From positions 1 to 34,186 of IMG/VR virus record IMGVR_UViG_3300010384_000021: 34,186 bases of DNA; one strand, given 5' to 3'. The notes beneath the pieces were generated by a model, which was not told the origin of the DNA, did not search any database, and saw only the letters and a list, made by a program, of their open reading frames with translations. Origin of the DNA: a virus (lineage: Duplodnaviria; Caudoviricetes). The translations under genes and the position numbers were made by a program. The number at the start of each line of letters is the position of its first letter. The first letter of the stretch is position 1. Positions 15,704 through 23,776 of the stretch are shown one piece after another.

Positions 15704-16368
15704 GCGCCCGCCCTCGCCTTTGAGCGAGCCGCATTGCAGTCAGCGCACAGAGCCGACGTGGCAAAGCCGATCCTGCAATGACCGTCTTTCAGCTTGAGGC
15801 AGTTGGGCTTGTCGCCAGCCGGCTTCGGCGCGTGATCGCGCTTCAAGAAGGCCGGCACATCGTCATCAGAAAGGGCGCCCGAGACAGGCGGGGGGCGAAC
15901 TGCCTCGGGCTTATCCGCACCGGAGAGGGTGGACGGTTGCGGATTGGTGATGGGTGCCGAGATTTCGTCGCCCAGGCTCTCGGCGGGCACTGGTTTGGCT
16001 CTGGACTGCGGGTTAACAACGTCCGCGTCCTGCGACGAAGGCTGTTCGTGTTCGGTGATTTCGCCGGTTTCGGCGTCAAATTCTTCAATGATTTCTCGTA
16101 CACGCGCAGGTGCAGGCGTGTGCGAGGACGCCCGCTCATAGGCGTCGAGATACAGGCCGAACGCAGCATCGCGTTCTTCCAGAGCGTCGGCGCCATGCTT
16201 CTCGATCTTGCGCAGGTGAGCGACGACCGCACCCATGGCGGTCTTGTCGTAGCCGTTGCCCTTCGCCTCGGCATAGACCTCGCGAATGTCGGCGGCGAGC
16301 GCGTCCTGTTCTTCCTTGAGGCGGAGAACGCGGTCGATGAAGGATTTGACGATGGTGTCCGCGCTCAT
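15700..16368 (-). CDS. GapR/DUF2312-family DNA-binding protein with long C-terminal extension (222 aa)
   Basis: VKSFIDRVLRLKEEQDALAADIREVYAEAKGNGYD is the DUF2312/GapR signature. Confidence 0.88.
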   Translation of the reverse strand: MSADTIVKSFIDRVLRLKEEQDALAADIREVYAEAKGNGYDKTAMGAVVAHLRKIEKHGADALEERDAAFGLYLDAYERASSHTPAPARVREIIEEFDAETGEITEHEQPSSQDADVVNPQSRAKPVPAESLGDEISAPITNPQPSTLSGADKPEAVRPPPVSGALSDDDVPAFLKRDHAPKPAGDKPNCLKLKDGHCRIGFATSALCADCNAARSKARAGA

Positions 16369-16616
16369 GCCGCCGCTTCTCCCTCTTTGGGAGAGGTGGG
16401 GGCGAACAGGGCTGCGAGATCGGGGCGAAGCGCAAACTTCGACACTTCGCCGTTCGTGGCCCGGTCAATGGCGAGCGCCATTTCTGGCGTGATCGACTTG
16501 GCTTCCTTGAGGAGAAACGAAATGGCCTGCTGCGAGCAGCCCGCCGCTTCCGCCAGCTTCTCCTGCGATCCCTTGATCTGGACCGCGCGCTCAATGTGTT
16601 TGCGAAATGCCTGCAT
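16365..16616 (-). CDS. cro: Cro/YdaS-like repressor (83 aa)
   Basis: GSQEKLAEAAGCSQQAIS HTH and ATNGEVSKFALRPDL; divergent from cI. Confidence 0.9.
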   Translation of the reverse strand: MQAFRKHIERAVQIKGSQEKLAEAAGCSQQAISFLLKEAKSITPEMALAIDRATNGEVSKFALRPDLAALFAPTSPKEGEAAA

Positions 16617-16700
16617 ACAAGCAAACTAGTAGATTTGGCCGAAGCCGTCAACTAGGAAACTTGTGTAGCGAATTACTAGCCCGCTGGTAGGGTTGCGGGC
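16617..16700. promoter_or_regulatory. OR region: three operators (ACTAG-N4-CTDGT) with PR and PRM
   Basis: Operators at 16617-16630, 16651-16664 and 16675-16688; minus-strand TTGACG (16651-16646)-N17-TAGTTT (16628-16623); plus-strand -10-like TAGGGT at 16688-16693. Confidence 0.8.
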
Positions 16701-17288
16701 ATGGGGATTGCCGAGAATCTGTTGAAGCTTCGCAAGGCGGCGCGCTTGTCTCAAACCGGGCTGGCGAAGGAAGCTGGCGTGAGCCAGCAACTCATTTCGC
16801 AGCTTGAGAATGGCGTGAACGTGGCGACCACGAAGCTGCCCGATATAGCCCGCGCGCTCGGCGCAAATGTCTCGCAGATTGACCCGAACTACGTCGAGCA
16901 CGCGGTGGGGAGCCTCGAAGAAGTCCCGTTGATCGGCTATGTCGGCGCCGGTGCGACAGCGCATTATTACGACCATGCCGACCTTGGCACGGTCCCCGCC
17001 CCGGATAACGCCACGCCGGACACGGTGGCAGTTGAAATCCGGGGAGAAAGCCTTGGTGCCCTCTTTGAGCATTGGCTGGTCTACTATGACGAGGTTCGGT
17101 CGCCCGTCACCCACGATATGATTGGACGACTTTGCGTCGTGGGCTTGGTCGATGAGCGCGTGCTGGTGAAGAAAATCCAGAGGTCCAAGACTGCCGGCCT
17201 CTTCCATCTGCTTTCCAATACCGAAGCGCCGATCCTCGATGCCGAAGTGGTCTGGGCGGCCCGCGTCAGGAGCATGATGCCGAGATGA
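16701..17288 (+). CDS. cI: CI-type repressor, XRE HTH + S24 autopeptidase (195 aa)
   Basis: LSQTGLAKEAGVSQQLISQLE HTH, VGAG cleavage site, GESL serine and LVKKI lysine. Confidence 0.93.
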   Translation: MGIAENLLKLRKAARLSQTGLAKEAGVSQQLISQLENGVNVATTKLPDIARALGANVSQIDPNYVEHAVGSLEEVPLIGYVGAGATAHYYDHADLGTVPAPDNATPDTVAVEIRGESLGALFEHWLVYYDEVRSPVTHDMIGRLCVVGLVDERVLVKKIQRSKTAGLFHLLSNTEAPILDAEVVWAARVRSMMPR

Positions 17289-17470
17289 CCGACAAGCCCA
17301 ACATAGCCGACGAATTGGCTTACATGGCCGCTCACCCGGAACTGTTCACGAAAAAGGAAATGGCGGCGATGATCGCCGAGGCCGCCAGCGTGATCGAGAC
17401 GCTGCGCACCCTCGTCGGCATCCGCCAGGAGATCGAGCTTGAGGACGTAGAGCCGGAGGGGAATGCGTAG
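17285..17470 (+). CDS. Hypothetical acidic protein co-transcribed with cI (61 aa)
   Basis: ATGA coupling with the cI stop. Confidence 0.7.
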   Translation: MTDKPNIADELAYMAAHPELFTKKEMAAMIAEAASVIETLRTLVGIRQEIELEDVEPEGNA

Positions 17471-17510
17471 AGCACCAGCTTCGCGCAATGCTGCATTGCG
17501 AAACTGTGAT

Positions 17511-17542
17511 TTGACACATTGGAAACCTAATGCGCATATAAG
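17511..17542 (+). promoter_or_regulatory. Putative promoter of the hicB-hicA-like pair
   Basis: TTGACA at 17511-17516 and CATATA/TATAAG at 17535-17542; upstream palindrome CGCAATGC-T-GCATTGCG. Confidence 0.55.
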
Positions 17543-17582
17543 TCGTTGACGGTGGGGGACTGTACGGAGAGGGTTTCGTGCA

Positions 17583-17882
17583 GTGAGCAACAAAATGACG
17601 AAAGACCGATCCTACAAAATCACGGTTTGCTTTGAAGAGCGGCCAGGCGGTGGTCTGCGAGCTTGGAGCGAGGACGTTCCTGGCATGGTGCTTTCACATT
17701 CGGACGTTGACGCCGTCCTTACTGACGTGACCAACGCGCTAAAGACAATCCTGTCGCACCGGTTTGGCCGCCGCATCGAGGTGCGCCCCCTCCCCGGCAT
17801 CCGGGAAGCTCTTGAAGACGAGGGGATGGTGCCGCCGGCATTCACTCCCGGCCCGAAAGAGTACGTCGCGACCTGCCACTGA
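17583..17882 (+). CDS. HicB-like (partial RNase H fold) antitoxin-like protein (about 95-99 aa)
   Basis: YKITVCFEERPGGGLRAWSEDVPGMVLSHSDVDAVLTDV matches the HicB/DUF1902 N-terminal pattern; no DNA-binding tail. Confidence 0.7.
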   Translation: MSNKMTKDRSYKITVCFEERPGGGLRAWSEDVPGMVLSHSDVDAVLTDVTNALKTILSHRFGRRIEVRPLPGIREALEDEGMVPPAFTPGPKEYVATCH

Positions 17883-17885
17883 CCA

Positions 17886-18098
17886 GTGATCCGCGAGCCA
17901 ACTCTTTCGCGGAAGGAATGGGAAGCCAAGCTTCGTCGCTGGGGCTGCAAGCCTCTCGAAGGCAAGGGTGAGTTGAACACAGCCGAATGGTGGATCGGCA
18001 AGCAAGGGCCTTTTACCGTCCCGATTGACGATGACGGCCGGTGTGATTTCTGGGCGATCCAGAAGATAGCCCAGCAGCAGGCGCCCGGACAAGAATAA
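17886..18098 (+). CDS. HicA-like toxin-fold protein (70 aa)
   Basis: SRKEWEAKLRRWGC...GKG...FTVP follows the HicA helix-beta3-helix pattern; canonical GSH His absent. Confidence 0.55.
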   Translation: MIREPTLSRKEWEAKLRRWGCKPLEGKGELNTAEWWIGKQGPFTVPIDDDGRCDFWAIQKIAQQQAPGQE

Positions 18099-18113
18099 CC
18101 AGCACTCGCAACC

Positions 18114-18137
18114 GGCCGCCTTCGGGCGGCTTTTTGT
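18114..18137 (+). terminator. Rho-independent terminator ending the immunity region
   Basis: GCCGCC-TTCG-GGCGGC-TTTTTGTT. Confidence 0.88.
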
Positions 18138-18153
18138 TGCCTGAATAATTTTC

Positions 18154-18196
18154 ACTAGTTTCCTTGTTGACAGTGATACTAGTTTGCTTGTATTCT
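18154..18196 (+). promoter_or_regulatory. OL/PL: two repressor operators overlapping the early promoter
   Basis: ACTAGTTTCCTTGT (18154-18167) and ACTAGTTTGCTTGT (18178-18191); TTGACA (18167-18172)-N18-TATTCT (18191-18196). Confidence 0.85.
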
Positions 18197-18280
18197 CTCC
18201 CTTGTCGAACGGCGATTGAGCCAACCCGGCCAGCCCCTCGACAGAGACACACCCCGGCAGCGGGGAAGGGAGATGGAAGA

Positions 18281-18616
18281 ATGGTAGAGAAACTGAAAGT
18301 CGGCCCGGCGAAGTTCATGGGTGCCGGCTACGTCGAGTTCAGCAAGTATCCCTACAACGGCGAAACCGCCATACGGGTCTTTTCCGAGGACGGCGAGCCG
18401 GAAGCGACGGCGACCGTTGCTCTTGAGAGCGCCCCGCCGGCACGCTCCCGCAACGGCGTCTGGCTCAAGGGCTGGTCCGAGAACGAAGGCGTCCCCGAAG
18501 CCCTCGAAAAGGCCGGCATCGTCAAGCTGACCGGCGAGACGCATCCTACCGGATTTTGCGAAGCGGTGTTCGGCGAACTGACGCCGGCTGCTCTCGAAGC
18601 AATGGCGGAGGCCTGA
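18281..18616 (+). CDS. First early-left protein, DUF4313-like hypothetical (111 aa)
   Basis: Purine-rich RBS region; ATATVAL...WLKGWSENEGVPEALEKAGIVKLTG...GFCE pattern. Confidence 0.7.
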   Translation: MVEKLKVGPAKFMGAGYVEFSKYPYNGETAIRVFSEDGEPEATATVALESAPPARSRNGVWLKGWSENEGVPEALEKAGIVKLTGETHPTGFCEAVFGELTPAALEAMAEA

Positions 18617-18620
18617 CCCC

Positions 18621-19016
18621 ATGCTCCGCACCAAGCCCGATACGGTGACTGCGACACACAGCCCGGCCATGCTCAAGGCTTTCGAGGATATCCGCCAGTA
18701 CGGCATCCGCGAAGCCCGCCAGCACCATTTCGAGCGCAAGCGCCTCGTGGACCAGTTCAAGGCCAACCAAGTCACCCTATGGGGCTACCTGAACCTGTTC
18801 CGCCCGCAACCGCTTCTGTCGATGGACGAAGCGATCCGGCACTACAAGGCCATCGTCACGTTCCAGCGCAAACTTGCCGCCGATCCGGTTCTTCGCTTCT
18901 CGGCCCGCCGGGATTTGGGCCTGCACCGCATGGCAGCGGAGCGCGTTCTGGTCGCGCGGTATTTCCGTCGGTTCGGACAGCGCGTCTGGAAGCGCGACAC
19001 GCGGAGGGCAGCATAA
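18621..19016 (+). CDS. Hypothetical basic protein (131 aa)
   Basis: GGAGG RBS, operon order. Confidence 0.7.
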   Translation: MLRTKPDTVTATHSPAMLKAFEDIRQYGIREARQHHFERKRLVDQFKANQVTLWGYLNLFRPQPLLSMDEAIRHYKAIVTFQRKLAADPVLRFSARRDLGLHRMAAERVLVARYFRRFGQRVWKRDTRRAA

Positions 19017-19261
19017 TGGTCCGCCCATCCACTCGCGAACGCAAGATCGAGTTCATCAAGTCGTTCGGCTACCGGGCGCTGGAAACGGCAATTTCAGAAG
19101 CTGTCTACCGCTTCGGAGCCGAGAACTTCCTCACCGACGATCAGCTTGACGAGATCACCACGGAACAGGTCCGGCAGGCCCGATTTAGCGCCAAGCTCAA
19201 CCGCGAGAACCGCAAGCGGCTCGCCGCCCTCGCCAGCCACCAGACCAAGGAGCAGGCGTGA
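19016..19261 (+). CDS. Hypothetical protein (81 aa, MVRPSTRERK...)
   Basis: TAATG coupling, GGAGG RBS. Confidence 0.7.
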   Translation: MVRPSTRERKIEFIKSFGYRALETAISEAVYRFGAENFLTDDQLDEITTEQVRQARFSAKLNRENRKRLAALASHQTKEQA

Positions 19262-19471
19262 TGCTTCTCGTCCTCATTTGGCTTCGCATCCGAGCGCCGC
19301 CCACCAGTCACCCAGCTTTCGGTCTGCCCACCGACCAAAGCGCGATGCGGGATCAGATGGGCAGTTCGGCCAAACCGCCGCCGCTTGGATGCCTGGCCTG
19401 AGTATGGCGAGCGCCATTGACTTCGCCGGGGCCACCGCATCGGCCCCGGTTAGCAACTAAGGAAATTCGCA

Positions 19472-19582
19472 ATGTCTGACGCCTTCTGGAACTTCGCTGC
19501 CGACCGCCCTTGGTGCCTATGCGCCATCATCTGTGCATCCATCCTTATCGGGTGCGCGATACCTGGGCAGATGCTCGGATGA
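19472..19582 (+). CDS. Small hydrophobic Cys-containing peptide (36 aa, MSDAFWNFAADRPWCLCAIICASILIGCAIPGQMLG)
   Basis: Read manually; TAAGGA RBS; ATGA coupling to the next gene. Confidence 0.55.
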   Translation: MSDAFWNFAADRPWCLCAIICASILIGCAIPGQMLG

Positions 19583-19719
19583 TCGCCTCCCTCTCCATAG
19601 AGCGGCGGGACGTGCTGGCCGCAATCGAAACGCTCCTGAAAGAAGCGATCCACCCGGAAGTTCGCGCCTATCTGCGCGGGCTGTACCTCGACCTCACGAA
19701 GAAGGATTTGCCGGCATGA
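19579..19719 (+). CDS. Hypothetical protein (46 aa, MIASLSIERRDV...)
   Basis: ATGA coupling at both ends. Confidence 0.55.
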   Translation: MIASLSIERRDVLAAIETLLKEAIHPEVRAYLRGLYLDLTKKDLPA

Positions 19720-20501
19720 CCTCCGCAGCAACCGCACTCACCGTCGAGCATGAGCCTGCCGAGCGGCAGACTGTCGTGCCGGCCCCGTCCGTGGCCGTGA
19801 CGCCCATGGACATGATCGACCGCGCCTTGGTGACGGGTGCCGATCCGTCCACGCTGGAGAAGCTTCTGGCGCTGCAAGAGCGATGGGAAGCCAATCAGGG
19901 GCGTAAGGCTTTTGACGAAGCCATGGCAGCGGCTAAGGCGGAAATCCCGACGATCACCAAGAACCGCCGCGTCGGCTATGCGCATAAGGATGGCGGTGGC
20001 GAAACCAGCTACCAGCACGAAGACCTTGGCGAGATTGCCCGCGTCGTGGCGCCGATCCTTGCCAAGCACGGCCTGTCCTATCGCTTCCGTACCACGTCGG
20101 AACTCAATCAGCCAGTATCGGTGACCTGTATCGTGTCGCACCGTGCCGGCCACTCGGAAGAAAACACGCTGGTAGCCGGCGCCGACAACAGCGGCAAGAA
20201 GAACAGCATCCAGGCTATCGGCAGCACGATCACCTATTTGCAGCGGTACACGCTTAAGGCGGCACTCGGGCTGGCGGCGGCGACTGACGACGATGGCGCG
20301 AAGGCCGATCACACCGAGGATGATGGCCCGATCAGCGCCGAACAGGTCGCCGCGATCAGATCGCTCATCAAGGAGACGGATACCGACGAGACGGCGTTCC
20401 TGACTTGGCTGGAGGCCGATAGCGTCGAGGCTATCCCATCCAGCCAAATGAAGCGTGTCGAGGATTCCTTCGCGGCCAAAAAGCGGAGGATGGGCAAGTG
20501 A
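19716..20501 (+). CDS. erf: ERF family single-strand annealing recombinase (261 aa)
   Basis: ILAKHGLS, VTCIVSHRAGHSE and QAIGSTITYLQRYTLKAALGLAAATDDDG signature. Confidence 0.93.
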   Translation: MTSAATALTVEHEPAERQTVVPAPSVAVTPMDMIDRALVTGADPSTLEKLLALQERWEANQGRKAFDEAMAAAKAEIPTITKNRRVGYAHKDGGGETSYQHEDLGEIARVVAPILAKHGLSYRFRTTSELNQPVSVTCIVSHRAGHSEENTLVAGADNSGKKNSIQAIGSTITYLQRYTLKAALGLAAATDDDGAKADHTEDDGPISAEQVAAIRSLIKETDTDETAFLTWLEADSVEAIPSSQMKRVEDSFAAKKRRMGK

Positions 20502-21163
20502 TCGTCCAAGGTTCGCCTGAATGGTTCGAGGCCAGACGCGGGTTTGTAACTGCGTCCCGCATGGCCGACCTGACCGACCGTCTCAAAAGCGGCGCAGCCG
20601 GCGCGAAGCGCACCAATTACATGGGCCAGCTTCTCGCCGAACGGCTGACCGGGATTGTCGCGACCGGGTACAAGAGCGCAGCCATGCGCCACGGCACGGA
20701 CACCGAGCCGGAAGCGCGTAAGCACTATGCGTTCTTCACCAACGCGACCGTGACGGAAGCCGGTTTCGTTCTGCACCCGTCGATTGCCGAGGCCGGCGCT
20801 TCGCCTGACAGTTTCGTCGGCGATGATGGGCTGCTGGAAATCAAATGTCCCGACACCAAGAACCACGCCGACACGCTGCTGACCGAGAAAATCCCGGAGG
20901 AATATCTACCGCAGTGCCATTGGCAAATGGCTTGCACCGGCCGGCAATGGGTCGATTTCGTCAGTTATGACCCGCGTATGCCTGGCTGGGGCTTGATCTT
21001 CATCAAGCGGCTGCACCGCGATGAGGAAGTCATTGCAGCGCTCGAAAAGGACGTGACCGACTTCCTGATCGAGCTTCGGGAAACCGTCCGGCGGCTCAAG
21101 GCCAAGTACGAGCCTGACAATGCCGACGTGCCGGAAGCGGTACGCCTCATGGCGGCGGGGTGA
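20498..21163 (+). CDS. Lambda-exonuclease/YqaJ family exonuclease (221 aa)
   Basis: QGSPEWFEARRGFVTAS, GASPD, LEIKCP and Q-HWQMAC motifs. Confidence 0.93.
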   Translation: MIVQGSPEWFEARRGFVTASRMADLTDRLKSGAAGAKRTNYMGQLLAERLTGIVATGYKSAAMRHGTDTEPEARKHYAFFTNATVTEAGFVLHPSIAEAGASPDSFVGDDGLLEIKCPDTKNHADTLLTEKIPEEYLPQCHWQMACTGRQWVDFVSYDPRMPGWGLIFIKRLHRDEEVIAALEKDVTDFLIELRETVRRLKAKYEPDNADVPEAVRLMAAG

Positions 21164-21678
21164 CGGCCATGGCGACCATTCCACTCCTATTCCGCTACGA
21201 AGGCGAAGGCGAGTTCCAGCCTGCCACGCCCTATTGGGGCCAGCGCGCGGACAAGTCGTATGTCGTCGGCGAAGTCTACCGGCTAGTGACGCACGAAGAG
21301 CGCAGCCAAGCCAGCCATAACCATTTCTTCGCCTCGATCCAGAACGGTTTCGACAACCTGCCGGATGCGATGCGGGATCAGTTCCCGACTGCCGAGCATT
21401 TGCGCAAGAAACTGCTGATCCGGGCCGGCTACGCCGACGAGCGATCGATTGTCTGCGCCTCCAAGGCAGAGGCACAGCGTGTGGCGTCCTTCGTCCGACC
21501 GATTGACGAATATGCCATCGTCGACGTTCGCGAGGCCGTGGTGCGCGTTTTCACCGCGCAGAGCCAGAACATGCGCGCGATGGGCGCCAAGCAGTTTCAG
21601 GAATCCAAGCAAGCCGTCCTCGATCAGCTTGATGACCTTCTCGGCGTCGAGCGCGGCGATACGTCGAGGGCAGCATGA
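21160..21678 (+). CDS. NinB/DUF1367-like recombination accessory protein (about 170 aa)
   Basis: RSQASHNHFFA and MGAKQFQESKQAV motifs; follows the exonuclease. Confidence 0.6.
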   Translation: MTAMATIPLLFRYEGEGEFQPATPYWGQRADKSYVVGEVYRLVTHEERSQASHNHFFASIQNGFDNLPDAMRDQFPTAEHLRKKLLIRAGYADERSIVCASKAEAQRVASFVRPIDEYAIVDVREAVVRVFTAQSQNMRAMGAKQFQESKQAVLDQLDDLLGVERGDTSRAA

Positions 21679-21836
21679 GAACCGCATCCTCCCACATAGC
21701 CCGCTCCTGCGAAGTCAAAGCGCATATCCGCTCCTTGCCGGTAAGGCGCTCGCCGCTGGCAAACGCCATTCACCGTGCCCTCATCAAGGAAACCGGCTTC
21801 AAGTTTCGTGTCAAAGCCGGTCGGAGGGTGCGGTGA
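21675..21836 (+). CDS. Small basic hypothetical protein (53 aa, MRTASSHIARSC...)
   Basis: Read manually; ATGA and TGATG coupling at both ends. Confidence 0.55.
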   Translation: MRTASSHIARSCEVKAHIRSLPVRRSPLANAIHRALIKETGFKFRVKAGRRVR

Positions 21837-22285
21837 TGGCGCTCCGTATCCTTCGCCCCGAAACCGCATTCTCAAACGCCCCCGTCGGCAAGCAGAAGAA
21901 GCGCGCCCGCTCCGAGGATCGGGATCACCTTGCCTGGATCAGGACGCTTCCTTGCGTCGTCACAGGCGAGCGCCCGGTCGATCCGGCACATATCCGCTAC
22001 GCTGATCGCGTCTACGGCAAGCGAGAAGTCGGCAAGGCTGAAAAGCCCGATGACCGATGGGTTGTCCCGCTTTGTCGTCGCATCCATGACGAGCAGCATT
22101 CCATGTCCGAGCGCATCTTTTGGGCGCGCTATGGGCTGGACCCGCTTCGCATCGCCTTGGCTCTCCATGCCAATTCCGGCGACGACGACCAGGCGATGGT
22201 CATCCTTCAAGAGGCTTGGGGTGTCCGAAAGACATTCGAGGCTCGCAAACCCGATTTCAATCCATCGACAGGAGAAGTTCTGTGA
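21836..22285 (+). CDS. DUF968/HNH-like nuclease-fold protein (149 aa)
   Basis: HLAWIRTLPCVVTG...AHIR...KPDDRWVVPLCRRIHDEQH. Confidence 0.8.
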   Translation: MALRILRPETAFSNAPVGKQKKRARSEDRDHLAWIRTLPCVVTGERPVDPAHIRYADRVYGKREVGKAEKPDDRWVVPLCRRIHDEQHSMSERIFWARYGLDPLRIALALHANSGDDDQAMVILQEAWGVRKTFEARKPDFNPSTGEVL

Positions 22286-23529
22286 GCGAGAAGCTTTTGC
22301 CCTGCCCGTTCTGTGGCAAGGCTATGATGCTCCGTGGCGCGCTTTGGCCTTCCGAAGGTGACAGAGATGCGATCATCCATGCCGCGCCTACCGAATGCCC
22401 GATGGGCGATTTCTCCAACGACACTTTTGACGAAAGCATTATCGAAGTCTGGAACCGCCGCGCCTCCCCCTCACAGGTAGCGCCCGCCAATCCGGCGCAG
22501 GTGATGGAACTAATCGCGGACCTTGAGCAAGCTGTGCTCGATTTCGAGGACGCATCCAGCGCCACGTACAACCGCTCAAAGGCCGAACTCGTCAAGGCTC
22601 GCACAGCCCTCACCGCCGCCATAGGCGCAGACGGGCAGGCGGTGGCATACCTGATCGAAGAAGCCGAAAGCCGAGTGGTTGAGTTTGACAAAGACGAGGC
22701 AGAAGCCGCCAAGTCTGATGGATACGAGGTTCGCCCCCTCTATACCCATCCAGCCCCTAGCGGGCAGGCGGTGGCGGTGAAGCCGCTGATCTGGGAAGAA
22801 GACCACGGCATAGCCGGAATGGGGCCGTATCGTCTTTTCAAGGCCGAAACGCCGCTTGGCCGGTTTGCGTACGGCACCGACAGCGAAGGCTCCGCATATT
22901 ACCACACCGCGTCATCTGGCGTGATGATGGTTGGCAACGAGGCCACAGCGAAGCGCTTGGCCGAAGCCGCATGGGAGAAGGTAGCGCTTGCCGAAGTTGG
23001 CAAGTTTGTCGACCCGTCCGCCCTCCCCCAACCCCATCCCGCCGATGAGCGGGTGGTGGAGGCGCTGGAACGCATGGTCGCGCTTTATGAGAGTGAATAC
23101 GACGCTGACGCGCCATTTGTTCGCCCTGATTGGCTTATTGCCGCCCTCTCCATCGCCCCTGCTACGGCTGACGGGTGGCGGACCAAAGCGGTTGACGATG
23201 TGTTGGCGGAGCGCAAACGCCAGATCGAAGTCGAAGGCTGGACGCCGGAACACGACGACATGCACGACAAGGGCGAGTTAGCTCGCGCAGCCGGTCTATA
23301 CGCTTTGATTGCCGGTGCCGATGCGACCGACTACCGGAACGCTCGTGACGGCTACGGCTTGACCGATTATCTCGCCGCCGTGATGAAGGAATACTGGCCG
23401 TTTAATCGGTCATGGTTCAAACCGACCAACCGTCGCCGCGATCTCGTCAAGGCGGGCGGGCTGATTATTGGTGAAATCGAACGGCTCGACCGTCTCCCCG
23501 CCGCTCCTACGGCTACGGGAGGGCGGTAG
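22282..23529 (+). CDS. Mosaic protein with N-terminal Lar-like (restriction alleviation) Zn domain and conserved C-terminal phage domain (415 aa)
   Basis: LLPCPFCG...WNRR (Lar-like); VLAERKRQIEVEGWTPEHDD...RRDLVKAGGLIIGEIERLDR; GTGA coupling with AGGAG RBS. Confidence 0.75.
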   Translation: MSEKLLPCPFCGKAMMLRGALWPSEGDRDAIIHAAPTECPMGDFSNDTFDESIIEVWNRRASPSQVAPANPAQVMELIADLEQAVLDFEDASSATYNRSKAELVKARTALTAAIGADGQAVAYLIEEAESRVVEFDKDEAEAAKSDGYEVRPLYTHPAPSGQAVAVKPLIWEEDHGIAGMGPYRLFKAETPLGRFAYGTDSEGSAYYHTASSGVMMVGNEATAKRLAEAAWEKVALAEVGKFVDPSALPQPHPADERVVEALERMVALYESEYDADAPFVRPDWLIAALSIAPATADGWRTKAVDDVLAERKRQIEVEGWTPEHDDMHDKGELARAAGLYALIAGADATDYRNARDGYGLTDYLAAVMKEYWPFNRSWFKPTNRRRDLVKAGGLIIGEIERLDRLPAAPTATGGR

Positions 23530-23530
23530 G

Positions 23531-23746
23531 ATGAAGCTGACAGAAGCACAGTTTTCCATGCATTGCGCGTTTATCGCGAAGAATGCCGCAGGATGGGCCG
23601 CTGACACGCTCACGCTACCAGAAAGGCACAATCAGCCAATTGACCCGGCGACCGTCGCTCGGTTCACGGATGACATGCGTTGTCGTCTCGACAGGCTGGA
23701 CGAATGGGCCGGTCGCTCCATACTGGATGGAGGGCGGGAGCCATGA
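23531..23746 (+). CDS. Hypothetical protein (71 aa, MKLTEAQFSM...)
   Basis: GGAGG RBS; starts 1 nt after the upstream stop. Confidence 0.65.
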   Translation: MKLTEAQFSMHCAFIAKNAAGWAADTLTLPERHNQPIDPATVARFTDDMRCRLDRLDEWAGRSILDGGREP

Positions 23747-23776
23747 GCATGCTATCCGCAACGGAGGGCCGGTGAC

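Noticed and set aside
19261-19401. 46-aa ORF MLLVLIWLRIRAPP... coupled to the upstream stop
   Set aside because: Has TGATG coupling but no recognisable features; too weak to list as a gene
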